Source of the DNA: an uncultured Verrucomicrobiae bacterium | GTDB taxonomy: Bacteria > Verrucomicrobiota > Verrucomicrobiia > Opitutales > Opitutaceae | DNA: 64,000 nucleotides | Assembly (NCBI GenBank): GCA_963804395.1 | Contig: CAWDQK010000002.1 | Span: forward strand, 1,169-65,168 | Direction of reading: 5' to 3' | Shown: one piece after another, positions 31,448-41,411 of the stretch | How the letters are laid out: every line of letters begins with the position of its first letter | Position numbering within the stretch: position 1 is the stretch's first letter | The notes under the pieces: model-generated | The model's input: only the letters and a program-made list of their open reading frames with translations | Told to the model about the DNA's origin: nothing | Database searches by the model: none | Translations under genes and position numbers: made by a program

Positions 31448-32975
31448 CTACGTTGCCGCCGGCTCGTCCTTGCCCATTGCCCGGCGGATAACCGGCACCT
31501 GTTCGAGCAGCTTCTCGAATTTCACGCCGGTCAGACTCTCCAGGACGGGGGGCAACTGGGCGACGATCTGCGTGATATCGCCGGTGAGCTTGCTCGCCCC
31601 GCCGCCGGGGCCGTTGCCGGAGTTGATGATGACGATCTTTTCGGTCTTGGCCAGCGGCTCGCTGATCTTGCCGGCCACCTCGGGCAGCACGCGCACGATC
31701 ATCTCGATCACCGCGGCCTCGTTGTATTCCTTGAACGATTCGGCCTTCTTGCGCATCGCCTCGGCCGTGGCGAGACCCTGAGCCTCGATGATGGCGGCTT
31801 CGGCGAGGCCCCGCGCCTTGTTGGCATCGGCCTCGGCCAGGCCCGTGGCCCTGGCCACATCGGCGCTCGCAAAGCCGGTCGCCTTGGTCGCGGAAGCGGC
31901 ACCCTCCGCCTCGGTTTCCAGCTGGAATTTCCGGGCGTTGGCCAGCGTCTCGACCTTGTAGCGTTCGGCGTCGGCGGGCTTCTGGACGTTTGCTTCCAGT
32001 TCGCGCTGCTTGCGCATGATTTCCTGCTGCTGGAGCTCGATCTGCTTCTGTTTCTCAATGATCTGAACCTGCACTTCCTCGGCCTTGACCAACTGGCCGG
32101 TCTTGAACTTCTGCAGGTCGTACGCGAGGTCGGCCTCGGCCTTCTTCTGGTTCACGGCGGCCTGGTATTGCGCGACGTTTGACTGATAGTCGCGCTGCGC
32201 CTCGGCAATCCTGGTGTCGGCCAGGAATTTCGCCTCCTGCCCGGCCTGGGTGGCCTGCGACGACTTGATCATCGCATCGCGGTCGGCCTCCGCCTGGGCG
32301 ATCTGGGCATCGCGTTTGACCTGGGCGATCCGCGGCTTGCCGAGAGCGTCGAGGTAACCCTGGCCGTCGCGAATGTCGCGGATGGTGAAGCTGACGATTC
32401 CGAGCCCCATGTTCGCCATGTCGCCGGCGGCGACCTCCTGGACCTTCGAGGCAAACGAATCGCGGTTCTGGTAGATCTCCTCGACGGTCATCGTGCCGAG
32501 AATCGCGCGGAGGTGTCCCTCGAGCGGTCTGCGTCGCAATATTGCGGATCTCATCGGTGCTCTTGCCGAGAAACTGTTCCGAGGCCGTGGTAATCGAGAT
32601 GTCGTCGCCCTTGACCTTGATCTGGGCCACTCCGTCAACCTTCACGGGCACGCCCTTGAGCGTGTAGACTTCCGGCGTCTGGACGTCGATTGTGAGCAGT
32701 TCCAGGGAGAGCAGGTCAACCTTTTCCAGCACCGGGTAGACGAACACGCCGCCGCCCTTGACAATACGGAATCCCACGGTCCGCGTCGTGCCATCCGGAT
32801 CGACCATCCGGCGTTTTCGGCCCGAAATGACGAGCACCTGGTTCGGGCCAACCTTCATATACCGGCTGGCCCAGATCCCGGCGAAAATAAAGATGACGAG
32901 CAGGATGGCGGCGACTCCGCCGATCAGGCTGAACCAGGGCAGTTCTTCAATTGCGAACAGGATTGTGGGGGTCAT
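31448..32975 (-). CDS. SPFH/band-7 flotillin-like protein (YqiK-type), one frame switch near 32510-32525
   Basis: N-terminal TM plus SPFH domain (ORF 32055-32975), then long coiled-coil flotillin tail (ORF 31448-32638). Junction RNIATQT/LEGHLRAILGTM is restored by deleting one c. Confidence 0.75.
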
Positions 32976-33006
32976 GGGTGGAAAGGGATTAATTCGAGCA
33001 ACTGCT

Positions 33007-33570
33007 TCAGTCGAGGGAACGCACGTAGAACTGGCTGCCGGCGATGCGGCAGACCTTCACCGTCTCGCCATTGCCGACCGCCTTGCCATCCTCCGCGCGG
33101 GCCGGAGCGGTGTAGCGGGTTCCTCCCTGCACATAGGCGATCTCGCCAACGCCGTCCTTCGGAATCGGGGTGATGATCGAGGCGGTCTGGCCGACGACGG
33201 ACGCGATGTGGGATTCGCTGGAGCTTTGCGTCCGGTTGAACATGGCGTTGAACATCAGGAACACGAGCCAGGCCACCGATCCGCCGCAGAGCGCCGCCAA
33301 CGGGGCGCTGGCCCAAACGCTCCTGGTGGCGGGGAGGTGGGTGAAAATGAGGCCGAAGGCACCGAACGCCGTCACAAACGAGGCCAGCACCGTCGGACTG
33401 AAGAACGAAATGCCGGGCATGCCGGTGTGATCAAAACCGGCCTCCGCATGACCGCCTGTGCCAATTTCCGCATGGCCGTCGGTCCCGCCAAAGAAATGGC
33501 CGATGGTCGCGCTGATGATCGTGAACAGCAATCCGACCGCCAGACAGACCGTGTAGATCAGGGTATCCAT
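33007..33570 (-). CDS. NfeD-like membrane protein (YqiJ-type partner of flotillin)
   Basis: Start at the internal Met MDTLIYTVCLAVGLLF. Multi-TM N-terminus plus C-terminal OB-like domain. Immediately upstream of the flotillin gene, as in yqiJK pairs. Confidence 0.55.
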   Translation of the reverse strand: MDTLIYTVCLAVGLLFTIISATIGHFFGGTDGHAEIGTGGHAEAGFDHTGMPGISFFSPTVLASFVTAFGAFGLIFTHLPATRSVWASAPLAALCGGSVAWLVFLMFNAMFNRTQSSSESHIASVVGQTASIITPIPKDGVGEIAYVQGGTRYTAPARAEDGKAVGNGETVKVCRIAGSQFYVRSLD

Positions 33571-33913
33571 GGGGTGGAGAAGATGCGCCAAACTTAAAGG
33601 CGTAATCCGCGATTGGCACAAGCGCGAAACCGACGCTCTTCCCGGAAGCGGTCGCGGCGGACACGGCGGGACAGGCCGTCAACGGCGTTCGCGCAGTTGT
33701 AGCCGGCCGCGTTGAGGCCGGCCCACGCGCCGGGACCGCCCTGCGCTCCGAAGCCTTGGCAAAGGAGTGCGTCCCGGCTACAGACCGCCCAGGCGGCGTG
33801 GACACCGCTTGTGCGGCCTACCAAACCGCCATCCAAGCCGGTACGGGCTGCCCGGGCATCAGCCTGCTGGCTCCAGGATTGCGTTTGCCCGGGCCGGCGG
33901 CAGCCTCCCGGGC

Positions 33914-34405
33914 ATGCAATCGCATGAGCTCCTGAAGGAAATCCTCCAGAAAATCAGTGCCAAGCAGATCTCTGCGGAGATGGGTCTTTCGCTGTCGCTG
34001 ATCTACAAATGGGCCGAGCCGGCGGAGGAGGGCAGCGGCGCCTCCAATCCGCTGGACCGCATCGAGCAGCTGCTGAGGCTGACCGGCGACCGGCGTCTGG
34101 CTCAATGGGTGGCGGAGCGGGCGGGCGGCTTCTTCATCCGGAATCCGAAGAACAATCCGCAGGCCACCCATTTGATTCCGGCCACCAACACGATCGTGCA
34201 GGAGTTCGCCGACATGCTGGCGGTGATTGCGGCCGCGGCGACCGACAGCACGATCACCAAGGAGGAGGCGGAGGACATTCGCGACCGGTGGGAGGAGCTC
34301 AAGTCGGTCACGGAGGGATTTGTTCGCTGCTGCGAAGCGGGCAATTTCGGGCCGGTCCACCAGCACCTGGCGGGCCGCGCGAAGGGCGCGGAAACGGGCG
34401 GGTGA
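33914..34405 (+). CDS. hypothetical protein with putative N-terminal helix-turn-helix
   Basis: Start at the internal ATG (MQSHELLKEILQKISAKQISAEMGLSLSLIYKWAEP). The upstream part of ORF 33767-34405 lies across repeats. Confidence 0.45.
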   Translation: MQSHELLKEILQKISAKQISAEMGLSLSLIYKWAEPAEEGSGASNPLDRIEQLLRLTGDRRLAQWVAERAGGFFIRNPKNNPQATHLIPATNTIVQEFADMLAVIAAAATDSTITKEEAEDIRDRWEELKSVTEGFVRCCEAGNFGPVHQHLAGRAKGAETGG

Positions 34406-34460
34406 GGGCGGAGTATTCAGAATACAGCGACAGAGGGACCCGCGTCCGGCCGATCGCCCG

Positions 34461-35333
34461 ATGAATTACCGTCACGCCTTTCACGCCGGCAACTATGCCG
34501 ACGTCTTCAAGCACGCGCTGTTGCTGCAGTTGCTGCGTGCGCTGCAACGGAAGGAGACGGGGTTCCTCTATCTCGACACTCACGCGGGGCGCGGTCGCTA
34601 CGATCTGCAGCCTGCGCCAGCGCTCCCACGCCCGGGGGCCGATCGCGAACCCGAATGGCCCGACGGCGTCGGCCGGCTCTGGCGGGCGCCGGATCCGCCA
34701 CCGGCGCTGGAAGACTACCTGGCGATCGTGCGCGAGTTTGCCCGGCGGAGGGGAATGCCGGGCGGCGAACTCCGCGCCTATCCCGGTTCGCCTTGGATTG
34801 CCGCGCTGGCGTGCCGGCCCCAGGACCGGCTGATGTTCTGGGAACGGGAACCCGGGGAGGCCGCGGTCTTGCGCGATGAGTTTGCCGGGCGGCGCCGCAC
34901 CGGCGTGGAATGCGGGGATGGCTATCGTGCGCTGCGTGCCGCGCTGCCGCCCGTGGAACGCCGGGGGTTGGTGCTGATCGACCCGCCGTTCGAGAATCAG
35001 GACGAGTTCGAGGCGATCGTGGCAGCGCTGCGGGAGGGTCTGGGGCGTTTTCCAAGTGGAGTGTATGCCGTATGGCATCCGGTAACCGAAAGGGCGGCGG
35101 CCGAGACATTTCGGCGGACCTTGAGGGCGCTCGTGCCGCAGCCGGTAATCTGGGCCGAACTCGCGGTGACGGCCGATCCGCAGGTGCGGATGAAGGGCTG
35201 CGGCCTGCTGGTGATCAATCCGCCGTGGGGTTTTGCCGATCTGCTGCAATCGATGCTACCGGTGCTCGCGGATCTCCTGGCCGTCGATGCCGGCGCGACC
35301 TCGCGCTGGGACTGGCTCGTGCCCGAGCAATAA
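34461..35333 (+). CDS. rlmJ: 23S rRNA (adenine2030-N6)-methyltransferase
   Basis: N-terminus MNYRHAFHAGNYADVFKHALL characteristic of RlmJ/YhiR. About 290 aa counted from the internal Met. Confidence 0.85.
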   Translation: MNYRHAFHAGNYADVFKHALLLQLLRALQRKETGFLYLDTHAGRGRYDLQPAPALPRPGADREPEWPDGVGRLWRAPDPPPALEDYLAIVREFARRRGMPGGELRAYPGSPWIAALACRPQDRLMFWEREPGEAAVLRDEFAGRRRTGVECGDGYRALRAALPPVERRGLVLIDPPFENQDEFEAIVAALREGLGRFPSGVYAVWHPVTERAAAETFRRTLRALVPQPVIWAELAVTADPQVRMKGCGLLVINPPWGFADLLQSMLPVLADLLAVDAGATSRWDWLVPEQ

Positions 35334-35337
35334 AGAA

Positions 35338-35364
35338 CCCCGGCGGACGAACGTCACGCCGGGG
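35338..35364 (+). terminator. candidate stem-loop downstream of rlmJ (no U-tract)
   Basis: CCCCGGCG-gacgaacgtca-CGCCGGGG, 8-bp GC stem 5 nt after the stop codon. Confidence 0.3.
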
Positions 35365-35797
35365 CGGTAGATCAGTAACTGAGCTCGTGTTTCTCCCGGC
35401 TCGTGGGCCGAAGAGGGCGCATGGCGGTGAAGGCCACCGTGTTGAACAGGCGCGGATACGCTGGCAGCGCGGGCGCGCGAAACACCGGGCGACCCCATTG
35501 GACGTCGCGAACCGGCACAACCTGGGAACCCGGCCCGCCAATGGGAGCGGGACGCCCTGGTGCTGAAGTTCGTGAAAGCCAGTTCATGGGAAAGTCAGGT
35601 CTTTATCGGTGCAAACGGTCGGCAGTTGAATCGGGAATCGCCAATATCGTGTCTACGCTTCATCAGAAACGCAGGCCGGACATTTGTTCCTGATTTTTTT
35701 GACGCCGCGAACGATCAGGAACCAGCTGCAGCATCAACAATATACCGCCTTCGCCGTCTTCTCAAACCGCCATCCGGATAACCGACACAATTGCTGA

Positions 35798-36196
35798 CTA
35801 GGCCAGGGAGACAGCCCCCTTCTTGGGAATCGTCACCGTTAATGTGCCTCGGCGAAGATCGGCCTTCAGGGCGTCGTAGGCGAGGCTGAAGCCGAGCCGC
35901 AGCCGCAGTCGGTAATCGTGGACGACGTTGACGAGTCGCGCCGGCGTCCGAGCCCGATCCCTGGTGGCAGTAATCGTCAGATCAGGCGCGTCAACTTCGA
36001 GATCGACTCCGGAGGGATCAGCGCCGGGGACATGGATCACTAGTGTGAGCGTATCCGGTTGTTCTTTGCAATGATAACGCGGCCGGCTGAAGACGGGTTG
36101 ACGCGCTTGAGGGGAGGCAGCGGACGCGAACGGGGTATTAGACTTCCGGGCGCCCGAGGTGCGCTGGGGCGCGGTCGGTTCCAAGATATCATTCAT
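35798..36196 (-). CDS. Hsp20/alpha-crystallin family small heat-shock protein
   Basis: Start at the internal Met MNDILEP. Alpha-crystallin domain ending GTLTVTIPKK. The ORF part upstream (36197-36514) is a repeat array. Confidence 0.75.
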   Translation of the reverse strand: MNDILEPTAPQRTSGARKSNTPFASAASPQARQPVFSRPRYHCKEQPDTLTLVIHVPGADPSGVDLEVDAPDLTITATRDRARTPARLVNVVHDYRLRLRLGFSLAYDALKADLRRGTLTVTIPKKGAVSLA

Positions 36197-36322
36197 TGGA
36201 AAGGGGCTGATGTAGAAGCCTATCGGTAATGAAACCGCAGAATTTAGCGCGAATTTCGAGAAAACGCGGGCGGGCGCTTTGGCGGAAGCTTCGGATTGGC
36301 AGGCGGTGTTCGCCGCAATCGC

Positions 36323-36546
36323 CCTGTAGCCGGGGGTGCCGACCCCGGCCTGAGGCTCGCCTGTGTGGAGGGCGGACCGCTTGCCTTCGCTCAAGCTGCG
36401 GCTGGGCCGCCGTGTCCGCCGCTCGCCGCTACCGGAAAACTGTAGCCGGGGGCGCCTTGGCCCGCCGTAGCCTCGCGCGAAGGCGGCCGACTCCGGCGCA
36501 GTGGCCGGCCTCAACGCGGCCGGCTACAACTGCTGGGAGCTGTAGA
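36323..36546. repeat. GC-rich mosaic palindromic repeat array (family 1 modules plus GGCGGACCGC..CCGTGTCCGCC module)
   Basis: CTGTAGCCGGGGGTGCCGACCCCGG, GGCGGACCGC..GCTCAAG..GCCGCCGTGTCCGCCGCTC, CTGTAGCCGGGGGCGCC, GGCCGGCCTCAACGCGGCCGGCTACAACTG..GAGCTGTAG. Confidence 0.7.
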
Positions 36547-36565
36547 AATCGAGCAGAACCCGGCG

Positions 36566-36949
36566 TTAGGCCGCCGCGCCAGCCATGGCCACCGGAGCCT
36601 TCTTGGGGATCGTGATGGCGAGTGCCCCGTCACGCAACGAAGCCTCAAGTCCGTCGAAATTGAGCCGGTGGCCAAGCCGCAGCCGCAGTTGGTAATCGTG
36701 CTGCACCGGTTCAAGGTGCAGCGCGCGCCAGTTGGGGCGTACCAGATGACTCTTCTTTGCGGTCACAATCAGATCGGGCCCCTCGACCGTGATCTCAACA
36801 CTGCTGGCGTCAACTCCGGGGACGTAAAGCACGAGGTTTAGCGCATCCATGTGCTCCTGGCAGTCATAATGCGGCCGGCGGAACGCGTCCTTGCGGGCGA
36901 AGGCCGGGGAGGGCTTTTTTGATCTGAGGGAACGGATGATTTGGTTCAT
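36566..36949 (-). CDS. Hsp20/alpha-crystallin family small heat-shock protein (paralog)
   Basis: 127 aa. Alpha-crystallin domain ending GALAITIPKK. Paralogous to 35798-36196 (DYQLRLRLGxxL shared). Confidence 0.75.
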   Translation of the reverse strand: MNQIIRSLRSKKPSPAFARKDAFRRPHYDCQEHMDALNLVLYVPGVDASSVEITVEGPDLIVTAKKSHLVRPNWRALHLEPVQHDYQLRLRLGHRLNFDGLEASLRDGALAITIPKKAPVAMAGAAA

Positions 36950-37504
36950 GTGGATGTGCTCCTTTCGTCGGTCTTCACCGCCGGATCTCCTGGAAAACGA
37001 ACGACCGGAAAACGGTTTCGTTCAGGCCAGGCAGCCGGCGTCGGTGAATTTGCTCCAGCGAGCGACGACCGGATGCATCTGGCCGCGACAAGACTGCTGG
37101 GCCGCCTTCGTAAGCGAAGTGCGGGCCGTGCGGCTGATGAACTGTGGAATCCGGGTCATTGGACTGAAGCGCTGTCAACATGCATAAAGCAGATCGCGCG
37201 CCAAGGACTATTTTTACTGTAACCTGATTTTTGCATTCCCGCTGTGCCGGTGGATGTAGCGTGCGTGGCTGGATTCTGGCCAGGGCTTGCTTTTCGAGCC
37301 GCCTGGCATCGCGAGGCACGCCGCACGGGCATCCGATCCAACTTGGTGTCAAGCTGTCGGCCTGCGGCCACGGTGGCTTTGTCGTCCCGCAAGGCGAAAC
37401 TCCGCACAATGACGGATTGATGCCAGAAGCTCTGGCCAGATTCCAGTCACGCATCCAGGCTGGCCACGGCACGGATGGGTGGTAGGTTTCCAATCTATCC
37501 AACC

Positions 37505-37879
37505 ATGCCTTCACTTTCCGACGCCACTACCACCATCGCCGATCTCAAAGCCCGCGTGCTTGCCTTCAGCCGGGAGCGGGATTGGGAACAGTTCCATTCG
37601 CCAAAGAACCTTAGCATGGCGCTCGCCGCGGAGGCGGGAGAATTGATGGAGCATTTCCTGTGGGTGGATCCGAACGCGTCCCAGGAGCGGTCCCGCGAGG
37701 CGGTGCGACGCCGGAAGATCGAGGAGGAAATTTCCGACGTGGTGATCTATTCGCTCGAATTTGCGAATGTCACGGGAATTGATCTGGCGGGCGCCATTGA
37801 GGCCAAACTTGCCGCCAACGCCCTGAAATATCCCGTGGACAAGGCCCGGGGCCGGTCGGAAAAATACACCGAATTGTAG
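37505..37879 (+). CDS. MazG-like nucleotide pyrophosphohydrolase
   Basis: Start at MPSLSD. EExGELxE-type motif AAEAGELMEHFLW and second EE motif KIEEEISDVVIY. Confidence 0.7.
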   Translation: MPSLSDATTTIADLKARVLAFSRERDWEQFHSPKNLSMALAAEAGELMEHFLWVDPNASQERSREAVRRRKIEEEISDVVIYSLEFANVTGIDLAGAIEAKLAANALKYPVDKARGRSEKYTEL

Positions 37880-37943
37880 CCGGCCGCGCTTGGGCCGACC
37901 TTCGCGCCAGCCGGCGGCGCGTCAGTCCCGCCGCCGCCCAGGC

Positions 37944-37974
37944 CGAAATGTCATCTATTAGTTGACATTGATCC
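37944..37974. repeat. 31-bp AT-rich palindromic element, copy 2 (reverse complement of 7878-7908)
   Basis: CGAAATGTCATCTATTAGTTGACATTGATCC. Contains TTGACA on the plus strand. Confidence 0.8.
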
Positions 37975-38002
37975 CTTGCAGCCCGCGGTCGCCGGCCCGG
38001 CT

Positions 38003-38251
38003 TCAACCATTGCAGCTGCAGGCGCCCCCGCACCCGCATCCGCCCCCGGCCCCGCGAGTAGCGCGGGTCGCGCCGGTGCGCTTGCCCGCCAGGCCCATGA
38101 AGCCGAATCCGCCGGAGATCACGCGCCGCACCGGCTCACCCGTTTCCGGATGTCGCCTGAGCGCTTCATCATTCATGCTCTGGACGAACTCAAACCGCAC
38201 GGGGAATTCGTCCGGATGCTGGGGGACGGTCTCGTAGACGTAGGTGGCCAT
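38003..38251 (-). CDS. FmdB-like small protein lacking the zinc-ribbon cysteines, Cys-rich C-terminal tail
   Basis: MATYVYETVPQHPDEFPVRFEFVQSMNDEAL..HPETGEPVRRVISGGF aligns to the FmdB pattern MPxYEYxCxxCG..FExxQxMxD..CPxCG..VxRxIS with all four Cys replaced. The tail GGGCGCGGACSCNG carries four Cys. Confidence 0.5.
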   Translation of the reverse strand: MATYVYETVPQHPDEFPVRFEFVQSMNDEALRRHPETGEPVRRVISGGFGFMGLAGKRTGATRATRGAGGGCGCGGACSCNG

Positions 38252-38374
38252 GTCGATTTACGATTTGCGACTGCAGATTCTAGGACGAACGCGGCGCAAC
38301 GCAAGCATGCTGCCCATCCATTCAATCCCTGAATCAAGGACTGAAACCTCAAATCCAAACTCGGAAATCCGAAA

Positions 38375-38719
38375 TCAGAACGTATCACCCTTCCATCCCC
38401 ACATGCCGCGGCGGACGTCGATGAATTTTACATAGACCCGCTCCGGCCGGATTCCGAGATGGCGGTTGATCAGGGTGCAAAGTGCCTGGCTGAGCTGCTT
38501 CGTCTTTTTCGCCGGCAGGCCGATGCTCTTCAATTCAAGGAACGCGACCGGATCGTCGGTTCCCGCAAACAGCATCGGTGTGTCCGGCTGCACGGCGATC
38601 ATGACAAATTCCTCGGGCTTGCCGAGTTCCTGTGCGACCACCGTGGATGCATCCTTGAGAATGTTGCGCTCGGCCTTCTTCGACAGGAGAAGGTTGGTCT
38701 GGATTTTGAGATAGGGCAT
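38375..38719 (-). CDS. MIF/tautomerase-superfamily protein
   Basis: Start at the internal Met giving N-terminal MP (Pro-1), MPYLKIQTN. ~114 aa, typical MIF length. The upstream ORF part is unsupported. Confidence 0.65.
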   Translation of the reverse strand: MPYLKIQTNLLLSKKAERNILKDASTVVAQELGKPEEFVMIAVQPDTPMLFAGTDDPVAFLELKSIGLPAKKTKQLSQALCTLINRHLGIRPERVYVKFIDVRRGMWGWKGDTF

Positions 38720-39044
38720 GACGTTTCTCCGGTTGATAGTGAACCTGATTCCAACGCGTTCCCCGACGTAATTATTATGGTGCCATTGCCGCCGTCTGTC
38801 GAGGTTTTGCGCGGCGCAAAACCTGACGCGGCCGCGCCGCGCTAAACGGCGGAGGGAGTTTCGTCCTCCTTCTCTTTTAATCCTGCAAGATCGCGGTTGC
38901 CGGTTGACGCTGGGTTCCGGACCTGGCCTGACCGCCTGCCGTCGCGATGCTTCGGCCGACACTTTTGCTTTCGCCTGGCCGTTGCCCCGGTTGGTTGTGG
39001 GCTTGCGGCGGAGCACGTTGATTGTTCAATCGCGCGGTTCACTC

Positions 39045-39401
39045 ATGACCATCAACAAGAACAAGGTTGTCCAGAACTACTACGTTTTGCCGTGCTGTCT
39101 GCTGCTGCTCAATCTGGTGAACAGCGTTGTGAGCTACAAAGCGGGAATCATAGACGATCCCTACTTGCGAACCGGCGCGGTGATCCTGCTGGTGCTTTTT
39201 GGCAGTTCCGTCGCCGCGTTTGTGGTCGCGCCGGCGCTGACCGCCCTCGTGCGTGTGCTGCACCAATCGAGCCGCCGGGGCGCCGGCGCATTGGGCGAGA
39301 TTCTGTTTTTCCTGGCGCTGGGCGGAGTCGTTTTCTGGCTCTATTACCGCATGAGTCTCTACGGCACGGCGTCCATCCTGCCGCCCGACTGGCGGAATTG
39401 A
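39045..39401 (+). CDS. hypothetical small membrane protein
   Basis: 118 aa from the internal Met. Three predicted TM segments (VLPCCLLLLNLVNSVV, AVILLVLFGSSVAAFVVAPALTALV, ILFFLALGGVVFWLYY). Confidence 0.45.
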   Translation: MTINKNKVVQNYYVLPCCLLLLNLVNSVVSYKAGIIDDPYLRTGAVILLVLFGSSVAAFVVAPALTALVRVLHQSSRRGAGALGEILFFLALGGVVFWLYYRMSLYGTASILPPDWRN

Positions 39402-39514
39402 GGCCTGCTTCCATCCGACACAGCGCCAAACGCGGACTGACGTCAGGCATTTTACAGCAGCCCAAAATGCAAAACGCGGTTCTGCTTCGGACGGGAAGAA
39501 CCCTTGCCGGGCTG

Positions 39515-39577
39515 TGGCTGCGAGCGCCAGCGAGCGGTCGGTTGAACGTTGGCTCCACTCGCTGGCGCTCGTGGCCA
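39515..39577. repeat. GC-rich palindromic repeat, family 2 (TGGCTGCGAGCGCCAGCGAGCGG - loop - CCACTCGCTGGCGCTCGTGGCCA)
   Basis: 23-bp inverted arms with a 17-nt loop. Variant of 935-988. Confidence 0.65.
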
Positions 39578-39757
39578 CCCAGCCGGTGCTCTTTCTTACG
39601 AGACAACGGAGGAAACGGAGAGGGCGTTCTCTTCTCCCGTTTGTTATCTCAGTTTTCTCTGTTGCCTCTTGTAAAATTGTCTGGGTTTGGTTGCGGCCTC
39701 CGGCAGGTTCGGGATTGTCACCGTCAACGCATGATCTGGCTGCACCAGCCAGCGGGC

Positions 39758-40282
39758 TCAGCCTTTCGGCCGGAACGCCTTCATAACGGCTTCGTTCGTC
39801 TCCAGGCGCGGTCCGCCGATGAGGTCGATGCAATAAGGGATGGCGGGAAACACCGCCTCAAGGTTTTCGCAGATCGACTTCGGCCGCCCCGGCAGATTGA
39901 CGATCAGCGCTCTTCCCCGGATGCCCGCCGTCTGGCGCGAGAGAATCGCGGTCGGCACGTAACGCAGCGATGTCGACCGCATCAGCTCGCCAAACCCCGG
40001 CAGGATTTTCTGGCAGACCGCCATCGTTGCCTCCGGGGTCACGTCGCGCCGCGCCGGACCCGTGCCGCCGGTGGTGATAACCAGGCTGCAACCGGACTCA
40101 TCGGTCATGCGGCGCAATTCAGCTTCAATCACCGGTTGCTCGTCCGGCACAATCCGATAGTCCGTCTCGAAGGGTGTCGCGAGCCATGCGCGCAACAGGG
40201 CTACCACCGCCTGGCCGGGCGCATCGTCGTAGATGCCCGCACTGGCGCGGTCCGAAACGTTGATGACGCCGATCTTGATCAT
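39758..40282 (-). CDS. mogA: molybdopterin adenylyltransferase / molybdenum cofactor biosynthesis protein (MogA/MoaB family)
   Basis: 174 aa. GVINVSDRAS, TTGGTGPARRDVTPEA (GGTG motif). Confidence 0.85.
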   Translation of the reverse strand: MIKIGVINVSDRASAGIYDDAPGQAVVALLRAWLATPFETDYRIVPDEQPVIEAELRRMTDESGCSLVITTGGTGPARRDVTPEATMAVCQKILPGFGELMRSTSLRYVPTAILSRQTAGIRGRALIVNLPGRPKSICENLEAVFPAIPYCIDLIGGPRLETNEAVMKAFRPKG

Positions 40283-40352
40283 AGCAGGCTCGCAACCACG
40301 GATGAAGACAGTGAATGCGACCCTTGCTCCGGGTCAATCTGGCGATCCGCGG

Positions 40353-41411
40353 TCAAAACTGTTTCCGGATGTCTTCCGGCGTGCTTCCCGCAGCGCGCAG
40401 CGCCCGCAGGCTCAGGGGGTCGTGTCGCTTGGCGAGCCGCACGCCGTGCTCATCGGTCACCAGAGGGCAGTGATAGAATGCCGGCGGCGTCAGGCCGAGT
40501 GCACGATAGAGCAGAAGCTGGCGAAAGGTGGACAGCAGCAGATCGGCGCCGCGGACCACCTCCGTGATGTGCATCGCGGCATCGTCGACCACACAGGCCA
40601 GCTGGTAGGCGGGCTGGTCGTCCTTCCTCCAGACAATGAAATCGCCGAAATGCACGCCGGCAGTCGCGGTCTGCGGTCCGTAACGACCGTCCACAAAGGC
40701 CAGCACTTCGCCGTCGGGCACCCGGAAACGCCAGTTCGTCCCGGAGCGCGGTTCCAGTCGATGCAGACGCAATGCTTCCGTCTCGTTACCGACTGCTGGA
40801 CGCGCCGAGGGCGTCGCGTCCCCATTGCCCGGCCTCGCCCACAGGACATTATCGAGACGCGATGGCCCGGCCGGGCAGGCCTCCAGTGGCAATCCATCCC
40901 GCAGCGGCGGGCGGCAGGTCCCGGGATAGATCGGCTCGTCCGGCGCCCAAGCTTCGCCCGGAGGCGCTTCGTGCGGCGCGCCGGCCGCCTCGTGCACATC
41001 GCGCCGCGAACATTGGCAGGGATACACCGCACCGCTGGCGCGGAGCTGCTCGATCGCCGCAACGTAATGGGCCCGCCGCTCGCTCTGGCTGTAGGGTCCG
41101 TACGGTCCGCCAACGTCGGGTCCCTCCTGCCAGACGACGCCAAACCACCGCAGATCCTCCATCATCGCCACCGTGAAATCCGCCCGGATGCGGGCGGCGT
41201 CGAGATCCTCGTTGCGCAACACCAGCGTGCCGGCCGCCGCTTGCGCGCGCTGCTGCGCCGTCCAGAAGGTCCGCGCGTGCCCCAGATGAGGGTAACCGGT
41301 CGGGGAGGGCGCCAGCCGCCCACGATAACTGGAAGGATGATGAACTGCGGATTGCACGGACCATTTCAGCTTTAACCAGCGCCCAGCTATGTCATCGCTG
41401 GTGACGGTCAT
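40353..41411 (-). CDS. gluQ: glutamyl-Q tRNA(Asp) synthetase
   Basis: Truncated class I GluRS-like catalytic domain: YRGRLAPSPTGYPHLGHARTF (HIGH), zinc site CQCSRRD, no anticodon-binding domain. Confidence 0.85.
   Translation of the reverse strand: MTVTSDDIAGRWLKLKWSVQSAVHHPSSYRGRLAPSPTGYPHLGHARTFWTAQQRAQAAAGTLVLRNEDLDAARIRADFTVAMMEDLRWFGVVWQEGPDVGGPYGPYSQSERRAHYVAAIEQLRASGAVYPCQCSRRDVHEAAGAPHEAPPGEAWAPDEPIYPGTCRPPLRDGLPLEACPAGPSRLDNVLWARPGNGDATPSARPAVGNETEALRLHRLEPRSGTNWRFRVPDGEVLAFVDGRYGPQTATAGVHFGDFIVWRKDDQPAYQLACVVDDAAMHITEVVRGADLLLSTFRQLLLYRALGLTPPAFYHCPLVTDEHGVRLAKRHDPLSLRALRAAGSTPEDIRKQF

Noticed and set aside
35620-35700. Stem-loop GTTCCTGAT-(19 nt containing TTTTTTTGA)-ATCAGGAAC in the rlmJ-Hsp20 intergenic region as a possible sRNA or terminator
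   Set aside because: The T-run is inside the loop rather than 3' of the stem. There is no promoter or conservation evidence, so it is kept out of the feature list.
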